64,000 nucleotides of DNA from Candidatus Omnitrophota bacterium (GTDB taxonomy: Bacteria > Omnitrophota > Gorgyraeia > JAGLLT01). Made by a program: the position numbers and the translations under genes. The notes beneath the pieces were generated by a model. That model had not been told where the DNA came from. It searched no databases and was given only the letters and a program-made list of their open reading frames with translations. Positions 1-8,436 of the stretch are shown here, piece by piece. Position 1 is the first letter of the stretch, and each line of letters begins with the position of its first letter. Where the stretch lies: NCBI GenBank assembly GCA_023140385.1, contig JAGLLT010000002.1, positions 24,295-88,294 of the forward strand. The letters run 5' to 3'.

Positions 1-111
1 CTATTATGCACCTGGTTTTATTAAATTTTTTCAGACAGTCACTTTCTATGGTGATAAAGACGCTGGCTGTAAGCGGTGTAATTATATGCGCGGCGTTGTT
101 AATTTTTACTT

Positions 112-882
112 TTGGGCAAAAGAAGGCGCCGGAGTCAGATGAGAGACGTTAAGGATAAAATATCCATCATAATGCCCGCGTATAATGAAGGAGAGCATAT
201 AGTTTCAAGCATCAAGGAGACTATGCGCACCTTTAATGAGTTTGGCTGTGATTACGAAATAATTGTTATAGATGACGGTTCTAAGGACGACACCTATGAG
301 AAGATTAAAGAGCTGGCCGTTGATCATACCAATATCTGTGCCAAAAGAAACAGGGTGAACTTTGGAAAGGGCAGGGCGTTAAAAAAAGCCTTTCGCTATA
401 CGATAGGAGATTATATCGTGTTTCTGGACGCGGACTTAGACTTACATCCGGAGCAGGTTCAGCATTTGTTTAGCGCGATGAGAAAGCATAATTCAGATGT
501 TGTCATCGGGTCAAAGAGGCATCCTGATTCAGAGGTTAATTATCCTTTGAGCAGAAAGATTATGAGTAACGGCTATTATTATCTAATAAAGCTTTTATTT
601 GGCCTGCCGGTAAGAGATACACAGACCGGAATAAAACTTTTTAAGAGAAAAGTGTTAAAGGATACCTTCCCCAGGGTGCTTATAAAAAGATATGCTTTTG
701 ACCTGGAGCTTCTGGTAAATGCTCATCATTTAGGTTACAAGATAGTCGAAGCTCCCATAAAACTGCACTTTCAGAGAAGTTTTGGCAGGATAAAGATGAT
801 AGACGCCTGGCATACATGGCTTGATACACTGGCGGTTTTTTACCGCATGTACATCTTAAAATACTACGATAAGATTAAATGA
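112..882 (+). CDS. GT2 glycosyltransferase, DPM1/polyprenyl-phosphate sugar synthase-like (soluble, 256 aa)
   Basis: N-terminal 'ISIIMPAYNEGEHI' and 'VIDDGSKDDT' GT2 signatures, then 'LDADLDLHPEQV' (DxD region). No TM segments. The C-terminal 'DTLAVFYRMYILKYYD' is shared with the N-domain of the 3038-4762 protein. Start could be the internal ATG at 139 (MRDVKDK). Confidence 0.75.
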   Translation: MGKRRRRSQMRDVKDKISIIMPAYNEGEHIVSSIKETMRTFNEFGCDYEIIVIDDGSKDDTYEKIKELAVDHTNICAKRNRVNFGKGRALKKAFRYTIGDYIVFLDADLDLHPEQVQHLFSAMRKHNSDVVIGSKRHPDSEVNYPLSRKIMSNGYYYLIKLLFGLPVRDTQTGIKLFKRKVLKDTFPRVLIKRYAFDLELLVNAHHLGYKIVEAPIKLHFQRSFGRIKMIDAWHTWLDTLAVFYRMYILKYYDKIK

Positions 883-2003
883 AAATTCTTATACTGAACT
901 GGAGAGATATAAAAAATCCCAGGGCCGGCGGGGCAGAGGTTTTAACTCATGAAATGGCTAAAGGCTGTGTCCGGGCAGGACACAAAGTTACTTTTTTTGC
1001 CGCTTCATTTAAGGGCGCTAAACCGGAAGAAATCCTTGATGGAGTTAATATTATAAGAGCCGGTAATGCTATTACCGTTTACTGGCAGGCCTTTTTATAT
1101 TACAGGAGGCGCTTTAAAGGCAACGTCGATATAATAATTGATGAAATTAATACAATGCCTTTTTTCTCGAATTTATACGCGAAAGAAAAGGTTGTTTGTC
1201 ATATAAATCAGTTAGCCAGGGAAGTCTGGTTTTACGAATCAGTATTTCCAATTTCATTATTAGGTTATATCTTGGAGCCCTTTTTTCTTAAAAGCTACAG
1301 AAGTAACGATGTAATTACTATTTCCGAAAGCACAAAGAAAGATTTAATAAATTTAGGCTTTAAAGAAGATAAAATTAAAACAATACCTATGGGCATTGAC
1401 TTTAAGCCTTTGGATGCCCTGCCGAAAAAGGAAGAGACGCCAACTTTAATTTATGTAGGCAGATTAAAAAAATCTAAAAGAGTGGATCATATAATTGAGG
1501 CATATAAAAAGGCTAAAAATAAAGCAAAAAACCTTAATCTTTGGATAGTGGGGAATGGTGATTCTTCATATAAAAAGCATTTATATTCACTGGCTAAGGG
1601 TGAAAAAGGCATTAAGTTTTTTCATAATTTGAGCAATGAGGATAAGTTAAAACGGATGGCCCGTGTTCATTTAATTGTGGTAGCGTCTGTTCGGGAAGGC
1701 TGGGGCTTGATAGTGACTGAAGCCAATGCTATGGGTACGCCGGCTGTGGTGTATAATGTTACCGGACTTAGAGATTCTACCAAAGACGGCGTTACAGGTA
1801 TTATTGTCAAAGAAAATAATCCCAACTGTTTAGCGGAATCTATTTTAAGAATTCTTAGCGACGATGAGTTGAGAAATAAGCTTGCCGGTAACGCGCTGAT
1901 GTGGGCAAGGGAATTATCATGGGATAAGTCGGCTAGAGATGTTTTGGGATATATAGAAAAAGTGCTCAAGAAGCATAGAAATAGTTTAGCCAAAAGCAAT
2001 TAA
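879..2003 (+). CDS. GT4 (GT-B fold) glycosyltransferase
   Basis: C-terminal 'EGWGLIVTEANAMGTPAVV' is the classic GT4 E-x7-E region. N-terminal 'KILILNWRD...AGGAEV' is a Glyco_trans_4-like domain. There is a 4-nt overlap with the upstream gene. Confidence 0.85.
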   Translation: MKILILNWRDIKNPRAGGAEVLTHEMAKGCVRAGHKVTFFAASFKGAKPEEILDGVNIIRAGNAITVYWQAFLYYRRRFKGNVDIIIDEINTMPFFSNLYAKEKVVCHINQLAREVWFYESVFPISLLGYILEPFFLKSYRSNDVITISESTKKDLINLGFKEDKIKTIPMGIDFKPLDALPKKEETPTLIYVGRLKKSKRVDHIIEAYKKAKNKAKNLNLWIVGNGDSSYKKHLYSLAKGEKGIKFFHNLSNEDKLKRMARVHLIVVASVREGWGLIVTEANAMGTPAVVYNVTGLRDSTKDGVTGIIVKENNPNCLAESILRILSDDELRNKLAGNALMWARELSWDKSARDVLGYIEKVLKKHRNSLAKSN

Positions 2004-2025
2004 AAGAAAAATCGGTTTACCATAA

Positions 2026-3033
2026 ATGGGTACAGTTTCTGTTATTATAGCAAATTTCAATGGAAAAAAACATTTAGAGAAGTGCTTAGCTTCTTTAAAA
2101 AAACAGACATATTCCAATTGTGAGATTATTGTAGTAGATAATGGATCAACCGATGATTCTATAAGTTTTATTAAAGATAATTACCCGGATGTAGTAGTAA
2201 TTGAAAATAAAAAAAATCTTGGTTTTGCTGAAGCTAATAATATAGGGTATAAATCGGCTAAAGGTGATTACTTACTTTTTATTAATAATGATACTGAGGG
2301 AGAAAATTGTTTTATAGAAGAGTTAATAAAAACCCTTAAATCGGATAAAAAAATAGGCGTGTCATTCAGCAAATTGTTATTGATGGATGAACCTCAAAAA
2401 TATGATACATTTGGGTCATATTTTACAAAGACGGGTTTTATCTATCATGTAGGTTATCTTGAAGAAGATAAAGGCCAATATGATCACGTAAAAAAAGTTT
2501 TTTCTCCTAAAGGAGTTTCCTTCATGGTTAAAAGGGAGGTTGTCGCGAAAACCGGACTTTTTGATTCTGATTTCTTTTGCTATTTTGAAGAGACTGATTT
2601 TTTTTGGAGAGTCTGGCTGGCCGGGTATGAGATTTTGTTTTCCCCAAAGTCAGTAGTTTATCATAAAGGCAGCGGGACGTCATTAAAGCTTAATTCAGAT
2701 TTAATTGATTACCACTCTTTTAAAAATAGAATTTGCGCTCTTCTTAAAAATTTAGCCTTAGGCAGTATTATTCTAATTTTGCCTATACATATATTATTAT
2801 GTTTACTGATTAGCATGATGTTTCTTATTCTGGGAAAGTTGTCTAATGCCAAGGCTATAATAAAGGCGATTGGCTGGAACATAACTAATTTATCGTTAAC
2901 TTTAGAAAAAAGAAAAAAAGTACAAAAAAACATTAGAAAAATTGCTGATAGAGAATTATTTAAAGTTAATTTAAAAAAAATACCCTTTAATTACATCTGG
3001 AATTTTCTTAAAGCATATCTAAAAAGATGGTGA
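2026..3033 (+). CDS. GT2 glycosyltransferase with C-terminal membrane segment
   Basis: 'VSVIIANFNGKKHLEKCLASLKKQTYSNCEIIVVDNGSTDDS' is a GT2 Rossmann start. 'FEETDFFWRVWLAGYEI' is the GT2 C-region. A hydrophobic stretch 'LGSIILILPIHILLCLLISMMFLIL' lies near the C-terminus. Confidence 0.85.
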   Translation: MGTVSVIIANFNGKKHLEKCLASLKKQTYSNCEIIVVDNGSTDDSISFIKDNYPDVVVIENKKNLGFAEANNIGYKSAKGDYLLFINNDTEGENCFIEELIKTLKSDKKIGVSFSKLLLMDEPQKYDTFGSYFTKTGFIYHVGYLEEDKGQYDHVKKVFSPKGVSFMVKREVVAKTGLFDSDFFCYFEETDFFWRVWLAGYEILFSPKSVVYHKGSGTSLKLNSDLIDYHSFKNRICALLKNLALGSIILILPIHILLCLLISMMFLILGKLSNAKAIIKAIGWNITNLSLTLEKRKKVQKNIRKIADRELFKVNLKKIPFNYIWNFLKAYLKRW

Positions 3034-3037
3034 GGAC

Positions 3038-4762
3038 ATGAAAGAAAGTAAAATAAAAATCTCAATTATTATGCCCTTCTCTGTTGAAGGAAAACTGCTT
3101 TTATCTAAGATAAGTGAAATTATTGAAGTACTAAATGCGCTAGCTTATGAATATGAATTTATTGTTGTTACCAAAGAAGAACAGAACTTAAATTTAGGAA
3201 AGAGTGTGTCTGAACGCTTAATAGATTTAGACAAGATAAAAATAGTTAATTATGATCCGAAAATCGGAAAAGTTTTTACATTACTGAGGGGATTTCAATT
3301 TGCCTCGGGAAATTTGATTTTATTTATTGATCCGGCTTTAGATTTAAAACAAGCAGATATAAGAAAACTTATTGAAGGGCTTGATGAACAAGCCGCCGAT
3401 ATAATTGTAGCTTCAAAATTTCACCCGAAATCTAATGTTGTCTATCCAGCAGTTAGGCATTTGTTATCTAAGTTATATTATTGGGTTTTAAGGAAATTCT
3501 TTGATCTGAATATAAGAGATGTTAATACTGATTGTATGTTGTTTAAGAGAAACGCGTTAAAAAATATTGTAGAACGTATAATAACAAAAGAGTACGCTTT
3601 GAACCTCGAAATTTTTGTAGTGGCAAAGCACCTTAATTATAAAGTGAATGATATTCCGATAAAATTGGGAGCGCGCCAAAAATGGCAAATACTGAGATTA
3701 TTTCAGCTATATTATGTGTTGATTGATACACTTGCAATTTATTACCGCCTGCGTATTCTAAAATATTATGATCGTCTTAAGAAAAAACCTTCAAGATTTC
3801 CATTTGTTTCTATTATAATTCCGGTAAGCAGGATGAATGATTATTTAAAAGAGTCTATTAAGAAGTGCCTGCAATTAAATTATCCAAAATACGAAATAAT
3901 TGTTTTGCCTGATGAGAAATTTTCTTTCGATGAGGAACTGAGGGACGAAAAGATTAATATAGTGCCCACAGGTCAGATTACGCCTCCTGAAAAAAGAGAT
4001 ATTGGCATAAAACCGGCAAAGGGCGAAATTATTGCTTTTCTGGATGATGACACCCTGCCGACAAAAGACTGGATAATGAACGCGGTTGGTCACTTTGAGG
4101 ATGAGAGGGTCGCGGCTGTAGGCGGGCCGGCCGTAACTCCCGCGTCAGATAATATTAATCAAATTGCCAGCGGGGCCGTTTATTCTTCATGGTTAGTCGC
4201 GGGCATTAATACTTATAGATATATTCCTTATAAGGTCAGAGAAGTTGAGGATTACCCTACTTGTAATTTATTTGCCAGAAAAGAAGTGCTTGAGCAAATT
4301 AAAGGATTTAATACTAAATTTTGGCCGGGAGAAGATACCATTCTATGTTTAAAGATAAAGCTGCTAAATAAAAAAATTGTATATGATCCCGATGTAAAAG
4401 TTTATCATCATAGAAGAGAGTTGTTTAAGGCTCATTTAAATCAAATAAAAACCTACGCTCTGCATAGAGGGTATTTCGTAAAGAGGTATCCTGAAACTTC
4501 TTTTAAGATAAGCTATTTTATACCGTCCTTATTTGATATAGGACTCATCGCGGGCGGCTTTCTATCATATATTTTTCCATCTGTAAGAGGTTTTTATTTT
4601 GGTACAATAGCCTTTTATTTAAGCCTCTTGCTATTGAACAGCATTCCCGCAATGAAAATTAAATTGATGTACTTGGTTTTTTTTGGTATACTTTCGACGC
4701 ATATTATTTACGGTATTTATTTTATAAAGGGTTTATTCGCGAAAAAGTTAGCAGAGGAGTAA
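3038..4762 (+). CDS. Tandem double-GT2 fusion protein with C-terminal TM helices
   Basis: Domain 1 ('ISIIMPFSVEG...FIDPALDL...ASKFHPKS...LIDTLAIYYRLRILKYYD') is a paralog of gene 112-882. Domain 2 is 'VSIIIPVSRMNDYL...YPKYEIIVLPDEK...AFLDDDTLP'. Three hydrophobic helices lie at the C-terminus. Confidence 0.8.
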   Translation: MKESKIKISIIMPFSVEGKLLLSKISEIIEVLNALAYEYEFIVVTKEEQNLNLGKSVSERLIDLDKIKIVNYDPKIGKVFTLLRGFQFASGNLILFIDPALDLKQADIRKLIEGLDEQAADIIVASKFHPKSNVVYPAVRHLLSKLYYWVLRKFFDLNIRDVNTDCMLFKRNALKNIVERIITKEYALNLEIFVVAKHLNYKVNDIPIKLGARQKWQILRLFQLYYVLIDTLAIYYRLRILKYYDRLKKKPSRFPFVSIIIPVSRMNDYLKESIKKCLQLNYPKYEIIVLPDEKFSFDEELRDEKINIVPTGQITPPEKRDIGIKPAKGEIIAFLDDDTLPTKDWIMNAVGHFEDERVAAVGGPAVTPASDNINQIASGAVYSSWLVAGINTYRYIPYKVREVEDYPTCNLFARKEVLEQIKGFNTKFWPGEDTILCLKIKLLNKKIVYDPDVKVYHHRRELFKAHLNQIKTYALHRGYFVKRYPETSFKISYFIPSLFDIGLIAGGFLSYIFPSVRGFYFGTIAFYLSLLLLNSIPAMKIKLMYLVFFGILSTHIIYGIYFIKGLFAKKLAEE

Positions 4763-4773
4763 TCATATAAAAG

Positions 4774-6303
4774 GTGGCCATGACACTGCTATATAACATA
4801 TTTATTACTTTATTTATTGCCGGTATTGGTTTTTTAATACAGATATACCCCAGAATATATAATCGCTATTTTGGAGTTGATACATGGAAACTAATGGAAA
4901 TGGCTGATATTATTAGAAAGCACGGCAAACTCCCCAAGACAATGACCGACAAGTACTTAATTGATGGGCCCTTTGATTATCCGCCGGTGTTTTTATATAT
5001 ACTTTCTTTTTTTAAAAAAGATTTCCTGGAAAAAAATCAATGGTGGATTTCACCTTTTATAAGCGCCTTACACGGTATAATAGTTTTTGTTATTACCTAT
5101 TTTCTGACTCGTAATTTATTAATTGCTTCAATGGCTCAGTTGGTTTATTGTTTAACCCCAATAATTATTATCGAAAGTTCCCAACTTTCTGTTAGGACGT
5201 TTAGCCAGCTGATTTTTTCACTTACTCTTTTTACAATGCTTTTATCTGTCCATTATCAAAAACCATCACTTTTTTTATTAACCCTTTTTATGTCGGTTAT
5301 TTTAATATTATCTCATAAGTTTGCTTTGCAGGCTTTAATTTTCTTGTGCGTTGTTTTGTTCATTTGGAGTTTTAATTTTATATATATTAGCATACCTTTC
5401 TTGGCTGTTTTAATCGCGATTGTGATTTCAAAGGGATATTATTTAACCGTATTAAAGGGACATTTAGCTATATTAAATTTTTGGAGAGAAAATATAGATT
5501 ACAGGTTTGCTCATCAAATACGAGGAGTTAAAAGTAAGCAAAATAAAAACCCGGATTTTATAAATAAAGTTTGTAATTTACTGCAGAAAGTTCCTCTTCT
5601 ATCATTATTTGGTTCAAATCCATTTGTTTTTTTGCTGTTCTTAATGTTTCTTTTAATTGGAAAGACTACCGCTTTAGGTTTTGTTAATGTTTCCTCGACG
5701 GTTTATGATTTTCTTTTTGTGTGGTCCATTGGTCTTGTAGCAGCGGCAGTCTTTGTTAGTTTAATCAAACCCATAAGATTTCTTGGTGAAGCGGAAAGGT
5801 ATTTGGAATATTCAGCAGTTCCCACAGCGATTTTATTAGCTATTCTTTTTAATGGAGGTTTAAAAAGTCAAAATGGCTTAATTTATGGCGCGTTGTTTAT
5901 AGTTTGTGCGGTTGCTCTGGCGTATATACCGACTTTGTTAATTCAAAGGAGCCTGGTTTTAAAAGACGAGGAAAGGAGTATTCGTAAAGACCTATGGGAG
6001 ATGATGGATTATATTAATAACTTAGGTGAAAATGTGCGGATAGCTACTATACCGTTATATTTAATTTCGCCGGTATCATATTTTGTCAATTGTAAGATCC
6101 TTTCAACGGAGAGCGCTTTAGCTCACCCAGAGAAATTGAAAGACTTTTGTCCGATTTTAAGAAAACCGCTGGAGGACATTTTCGATAGCTATCAAATTAA
6201 TTATTTGCTTGTTAATAATCACTACGTATCAATAGAGGAGTTACCGCTGAAAAGAAAAAATATAGCCAAACATATAGGACAGTATTATTTACTTAAAGTA
6301 TAA
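4774..6303 (+). CDS. Polytopic membrane protein, putative GT-C (ArnT/PMT_2-like) glycosyltransferase; paralog of 14114-15640
   Basis: About 10-12 hydrophobic helices. The first loop 'YFGVDTWKLMEMADIIRK...GPFDYPPVF' resembles the ArnT/PMT_2 'DExRYAEI...KPP' region. 'AHQIRG' and 'GEAERYLEYSAVP' are shared with the paralog. The start is ambiguous (GTG 4774 or ATG 4780). Confidence 0.5.
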   Translation: MAMTLLYNIFITLFIAGIGFLIQIYPRIYNRYFGVDTWKLMEMADIIRKHGKLPKTMTDKYLIDGPFDYPPVFLYILSFFKKDFLEKNQWWISPFISALHGIIVFVITYFLTRNLLIASMAQLVYCLTPIIIIESSQLSVRTFSQLIFSLTLFTMLLSVHYQKPSLFLLTLFMSVILILSHKFALQALIFLCVVLFIWSFNFIYISIPFLAVLIAIVISKGYYLTVLKGHLAILNFWRENIDYRFAHQIRGVKSKQNKNPDFINKVCNLLQKVPLLSLFGSNPFVFLLFLMFLLIGKTTALGFVNVSSTVYDFLFVWSIGLVAAAVFVSLIKPIRFLGEAERYLEYSAVPTAILLAILFNGGLKSQNGLIYGALFIVCAVALAYIPTLLIQRSLVLKDEERSIRKDLWEMMDYINNLGENVRIATIPLYLISPVSYFVNCKILSTESALAHPEKLKDFCPILRKPLEDIFDSYQINYLLVNNHYVSIEELPLKRKNIAKHIGQYYLLKV

Positions 6304-6337
6304 CTTTATAATTGTACAAATAAGCTAAGGGGAAAAA

Positions 6338-7432
6338 ATGAGAATAGCGTATCCGGATTTATGTTTCGATGAGGTTTTAGATTTAAAGAAAGCCATTAAT
6401 TCAGGCTGGCTGACTAAGGGGCCGTATGTTGAAGAATTTGAAAATATGGCAAAGGATTATATAGGGGTTAAGTACGCGATTGCCGTGAATTCAGGCACGG
6501 CTGCTCTTCATTTAGCACTGATATCTCTAAATATATCAGATGGTGATGAGGTGATAGTGCCTGATTTTACTTTTGTGGCGACAGCCAACGCCGTTGAATA
6601 CACACGGGCAAAACCAGTATTCGCGGATATTGATTTAAAAACCTTTAATATAGATACAGAGGATATAAAGAGAAAAATAACGAATCGAACAAAGGCAATT
6701 ATGCCTGTTCATGGGCTTGGGCAGTCTGCCGATATGGATGAAATTAGAAAAATAGCAAGAGAGCGCAATCTATTTATTATTGAGGACGCTGCCTGCGCGA
6801 TGGGGGCAAAGTATAAAGGAGAATTTTGCGGGACTATGGGTGATTTGGGTTGTTTTAGTTTTCATCCGAGAAAAATAATTACCACCGCTGAGGGCGGCAT
6901 GATCATAACCAACAATGAGAAACATGCAAAAGCAATAGAGAGACTGCGTGATCACGGAAGCATAAAGAAGGACGGCAGAGTTTACTTTTACAATTGCGGT
7001 TACAATTATAGACTAAGTGAACTGCATTCAATCTTAGGAATCGCGCAGATGAAAAAATTAAAGAGTATAATAGCGCGAAGACAAGAAGCGGCAAAAAAAT
7101 TGAATACCTTGCTTTCAGGTATTGATTTTTTGCGGATTCCCGAAACGCGTAAGGATTGTGAACACATATTTCAATCATACGTTGTATTGCTCGACAGTGG
7201 ATCTGATAGAGATAAATTCATGACGTATTTAAAAAGCAAAAACATAGAAACAGTGGGTGGTAATCACGCGCTTCATAGCCAACCTTTTTATAAGAATAAA
7301 TACGGCTATAAGCCCGGCGAGGTTCCTAATTCATTTGAGGCAGGTGAAAGGAGCGCGGCTTTACCTCTTTATCCGCAAATGACCGATGAGGAAATAAATT
7401 TTCTTGCTCAGACGGTAAGAGGCGCTTTATAA
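6338..7432 (+). CDS. DegT/DnrJ/EryC1/StrS-family PLP-dependent sugar aminotransferase (ArnB-like)
   Basis: 'NSGWLTKGP', 'AIAVNSGTAALHLAL' and 'DLGCFSFHPRKIITTAEGGMIITNN' (Lys-containing PLP motif) are typical of UDP-4-keto-sugar aminotransferases. Confidence 0.9.
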   Translation: MRIAYPDLCFDEVLDLKKAINSGWLTKGPYVEEFENMAKDYIGVKYAIAVNSGTAALHLALISLNISDGDEVIVPDFTFVATANAVEYTRAKPVFADIDLKTFNIDTEDIKRKITNRTKAIMPVHGLGQSADMDEIRKIARERNLFIIEDAACAMGAKYKGEFCGTMGDLGCFSFHPRKIITTAEGGMIITNNEKHAKAIERLRDHGSIKKDGRVYFYNCGYNYRLSELHSILGIAQMKKLKSIIARRQEAAKKLNTLLSGIDFLRIPETRKDCEHIFQSYVVLLDSGSDRDKFMTYLKSKNIETVGGNHALHSQPFYKNKYGYKPGEVPNSFEAGERSAALPLYPQMTDEEINFLAQTVRGAL

Positions 7433-7446
7433 AGTGAAATAATGAA

Positions 7447-8430
7447 ATGGATAAGATAAGCTGTAATCTTTGTAATTCAAATAGATATACAAAAGTATAC
7501 GACATTAAGAACAGTGATACTAAAGAAACCTTTAATTTGGTAAAATGCTCTGATTGTCGATTAATTTATATTAATCCCCAGCCCTCACATGAGGAGTTAA
7601 GCAAATACTATTTTAGAGATGAATATTATTCATATGGAGAGGTCCTAAAAGAAGACCAAGGCCGGCTTAATTTCATTGAGAAAATTAAAAGAGTATTCAG
7701 AAAGCGGATATTTTTGACCTATGGAGTAAATAATCGTAGTGTTTTTCAAAAATTTAAGCAAATTCTTTTTTACCCTTTTAAAAGAAGATTCGGTGGAATT
7801 CCGGCATTTTTAAAAAATGGGAAAATATTGGATATTGGCTGTGGAGACGGCTTGTTTATAAGCCAGCTTAAAAGTATAGGTTGGCATGTTTGTGGTATAG
7901 AAATTGATCAAGAAGCCGTCAAAAGGGCGCAGAATCATGGTTTTGAGGTTTATCGCGGTAGATTTGAAGATTTTGATTTTAAGGATGAACGCTATGATGT
8001 CGCACGTTTATGGCATGTCTTGGAACATTTTAAAGACCCTTATTTTAATCTAAAAAAAATATATGGAATTTTAAAACCGGGGGGACGGGTAATATTAGGC
8101 GTACCCAATATGAATTCTTTATATAGCAAAATCTTTAAGCAAAATTGGACCGGACTCGATGTGCCGCGGCACTTATACCATTTTTCTCCACAAACAATAA
8201 AAGAAATATTAAAGCAAAGTGGTTTTTCAGAGATAAAGATATCGTATAATTCTGTGGGTACCGGTTTAGCCAGTTTGGTTTATGTGATGAATAGGAAAAT
8301 CAAAAATGAGGCGCTTGTAAATTTAGTTTTTAATAATGTTGTTTTTAGATTTGTTTCTATTTTTGTTGATGCTTTGCTTGACATGTTTAGAGTTGGTGGA
8401 TGTTTAGAAGTTAGAGCTATGAAAGAGTAA
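7447..8430 (+). CDS. Class I SAM-dependent methyltransferase with N-terminal Cys4 zinc ribbon
   Basis: 'CNLCNS...CSDCRL' is a zinc ribbon. 'ILDIGCGDGLF' is SAM motif I. 'LKPGGRVILGVPN' is the post-II region. Confidence 0.8.
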   Translation: MDKISCNLCNSNRYTKVYDIKNSDTKETFNLVKCSDCRLIYINPQPSHEELSKYYFRDEYYSYGEVLKEDQGRLNFIEKIKRVFRKRIFLTYGVNNRSVFQKFKQILFYPFKRRFGGIPAFLKNGKILDIGCGDGLFISQLKSIGWHVCGIEIDQEAVKRAQNHGFEVYRGRFEDFDFKDERYDVARLWHVLEHFKDPYFNLKKIYGILKPGGRVILGVPNMNSLYSKIFKQNWTGLDVPRHLYHFSPQTIKEILKQSGFSEIKISYNSVGTGLASLVYVMNRKIKNEALVNLVFNNVVFRFVSIFVDALLDMFRVGGCLEVRAMKE

Positions 8431-8436
8431 AATTAT

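Noticed and set aside
1-111. Possible promoter upstream of the first GT2 gene
   Set aside because: No convincing -35/-10 pair was found by eye. The region may be the 3' end or intergenic tail of an upstream gene cut by the window.
1667-1999. Minus-strand ORFs of 60-132 aa nested inside plus-strand genes. These are at 1667-1999, 2709-2933, 3875-4093, 6770-6955, 6903-7178, 9069-9284, 16290-16541, 19344-19742, 20651-20848, 27042-27239, 27994-28203, 28678-28890, 29650-29832, 31085-31276, 31941-32126, 36142-36342, 36498-36683, 38216-38506, 39859-40074, 40385-40582, 41098-41328, 42556-42891, 43010-43525, 45019-45225, 46286-46543, 46741-46926, 47127-47450, 48956-49198, 49398-49766, 53851-54138, 55266-55520, 56056-57356, 59872-60108, 61521-61748, 61942-62223 and 62392-62625.
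   Set aside because: Each lies fully antisense within a longer ORF that has clear domain signatures. Their translations are low-complexity with no motifs. They are treated as shadow ORFs.
2209-2216. Homopolymeric A tracts (A7-A8) inside GT genes (for example 2209-2216, 2907-2925) as possible phase-variation switches
   Set aside because: Short poly-A runs are expected by composition in an AT-rich, Lys-rich genome. None is long enough (9 or more) to be a convincing slipped-strand switch.
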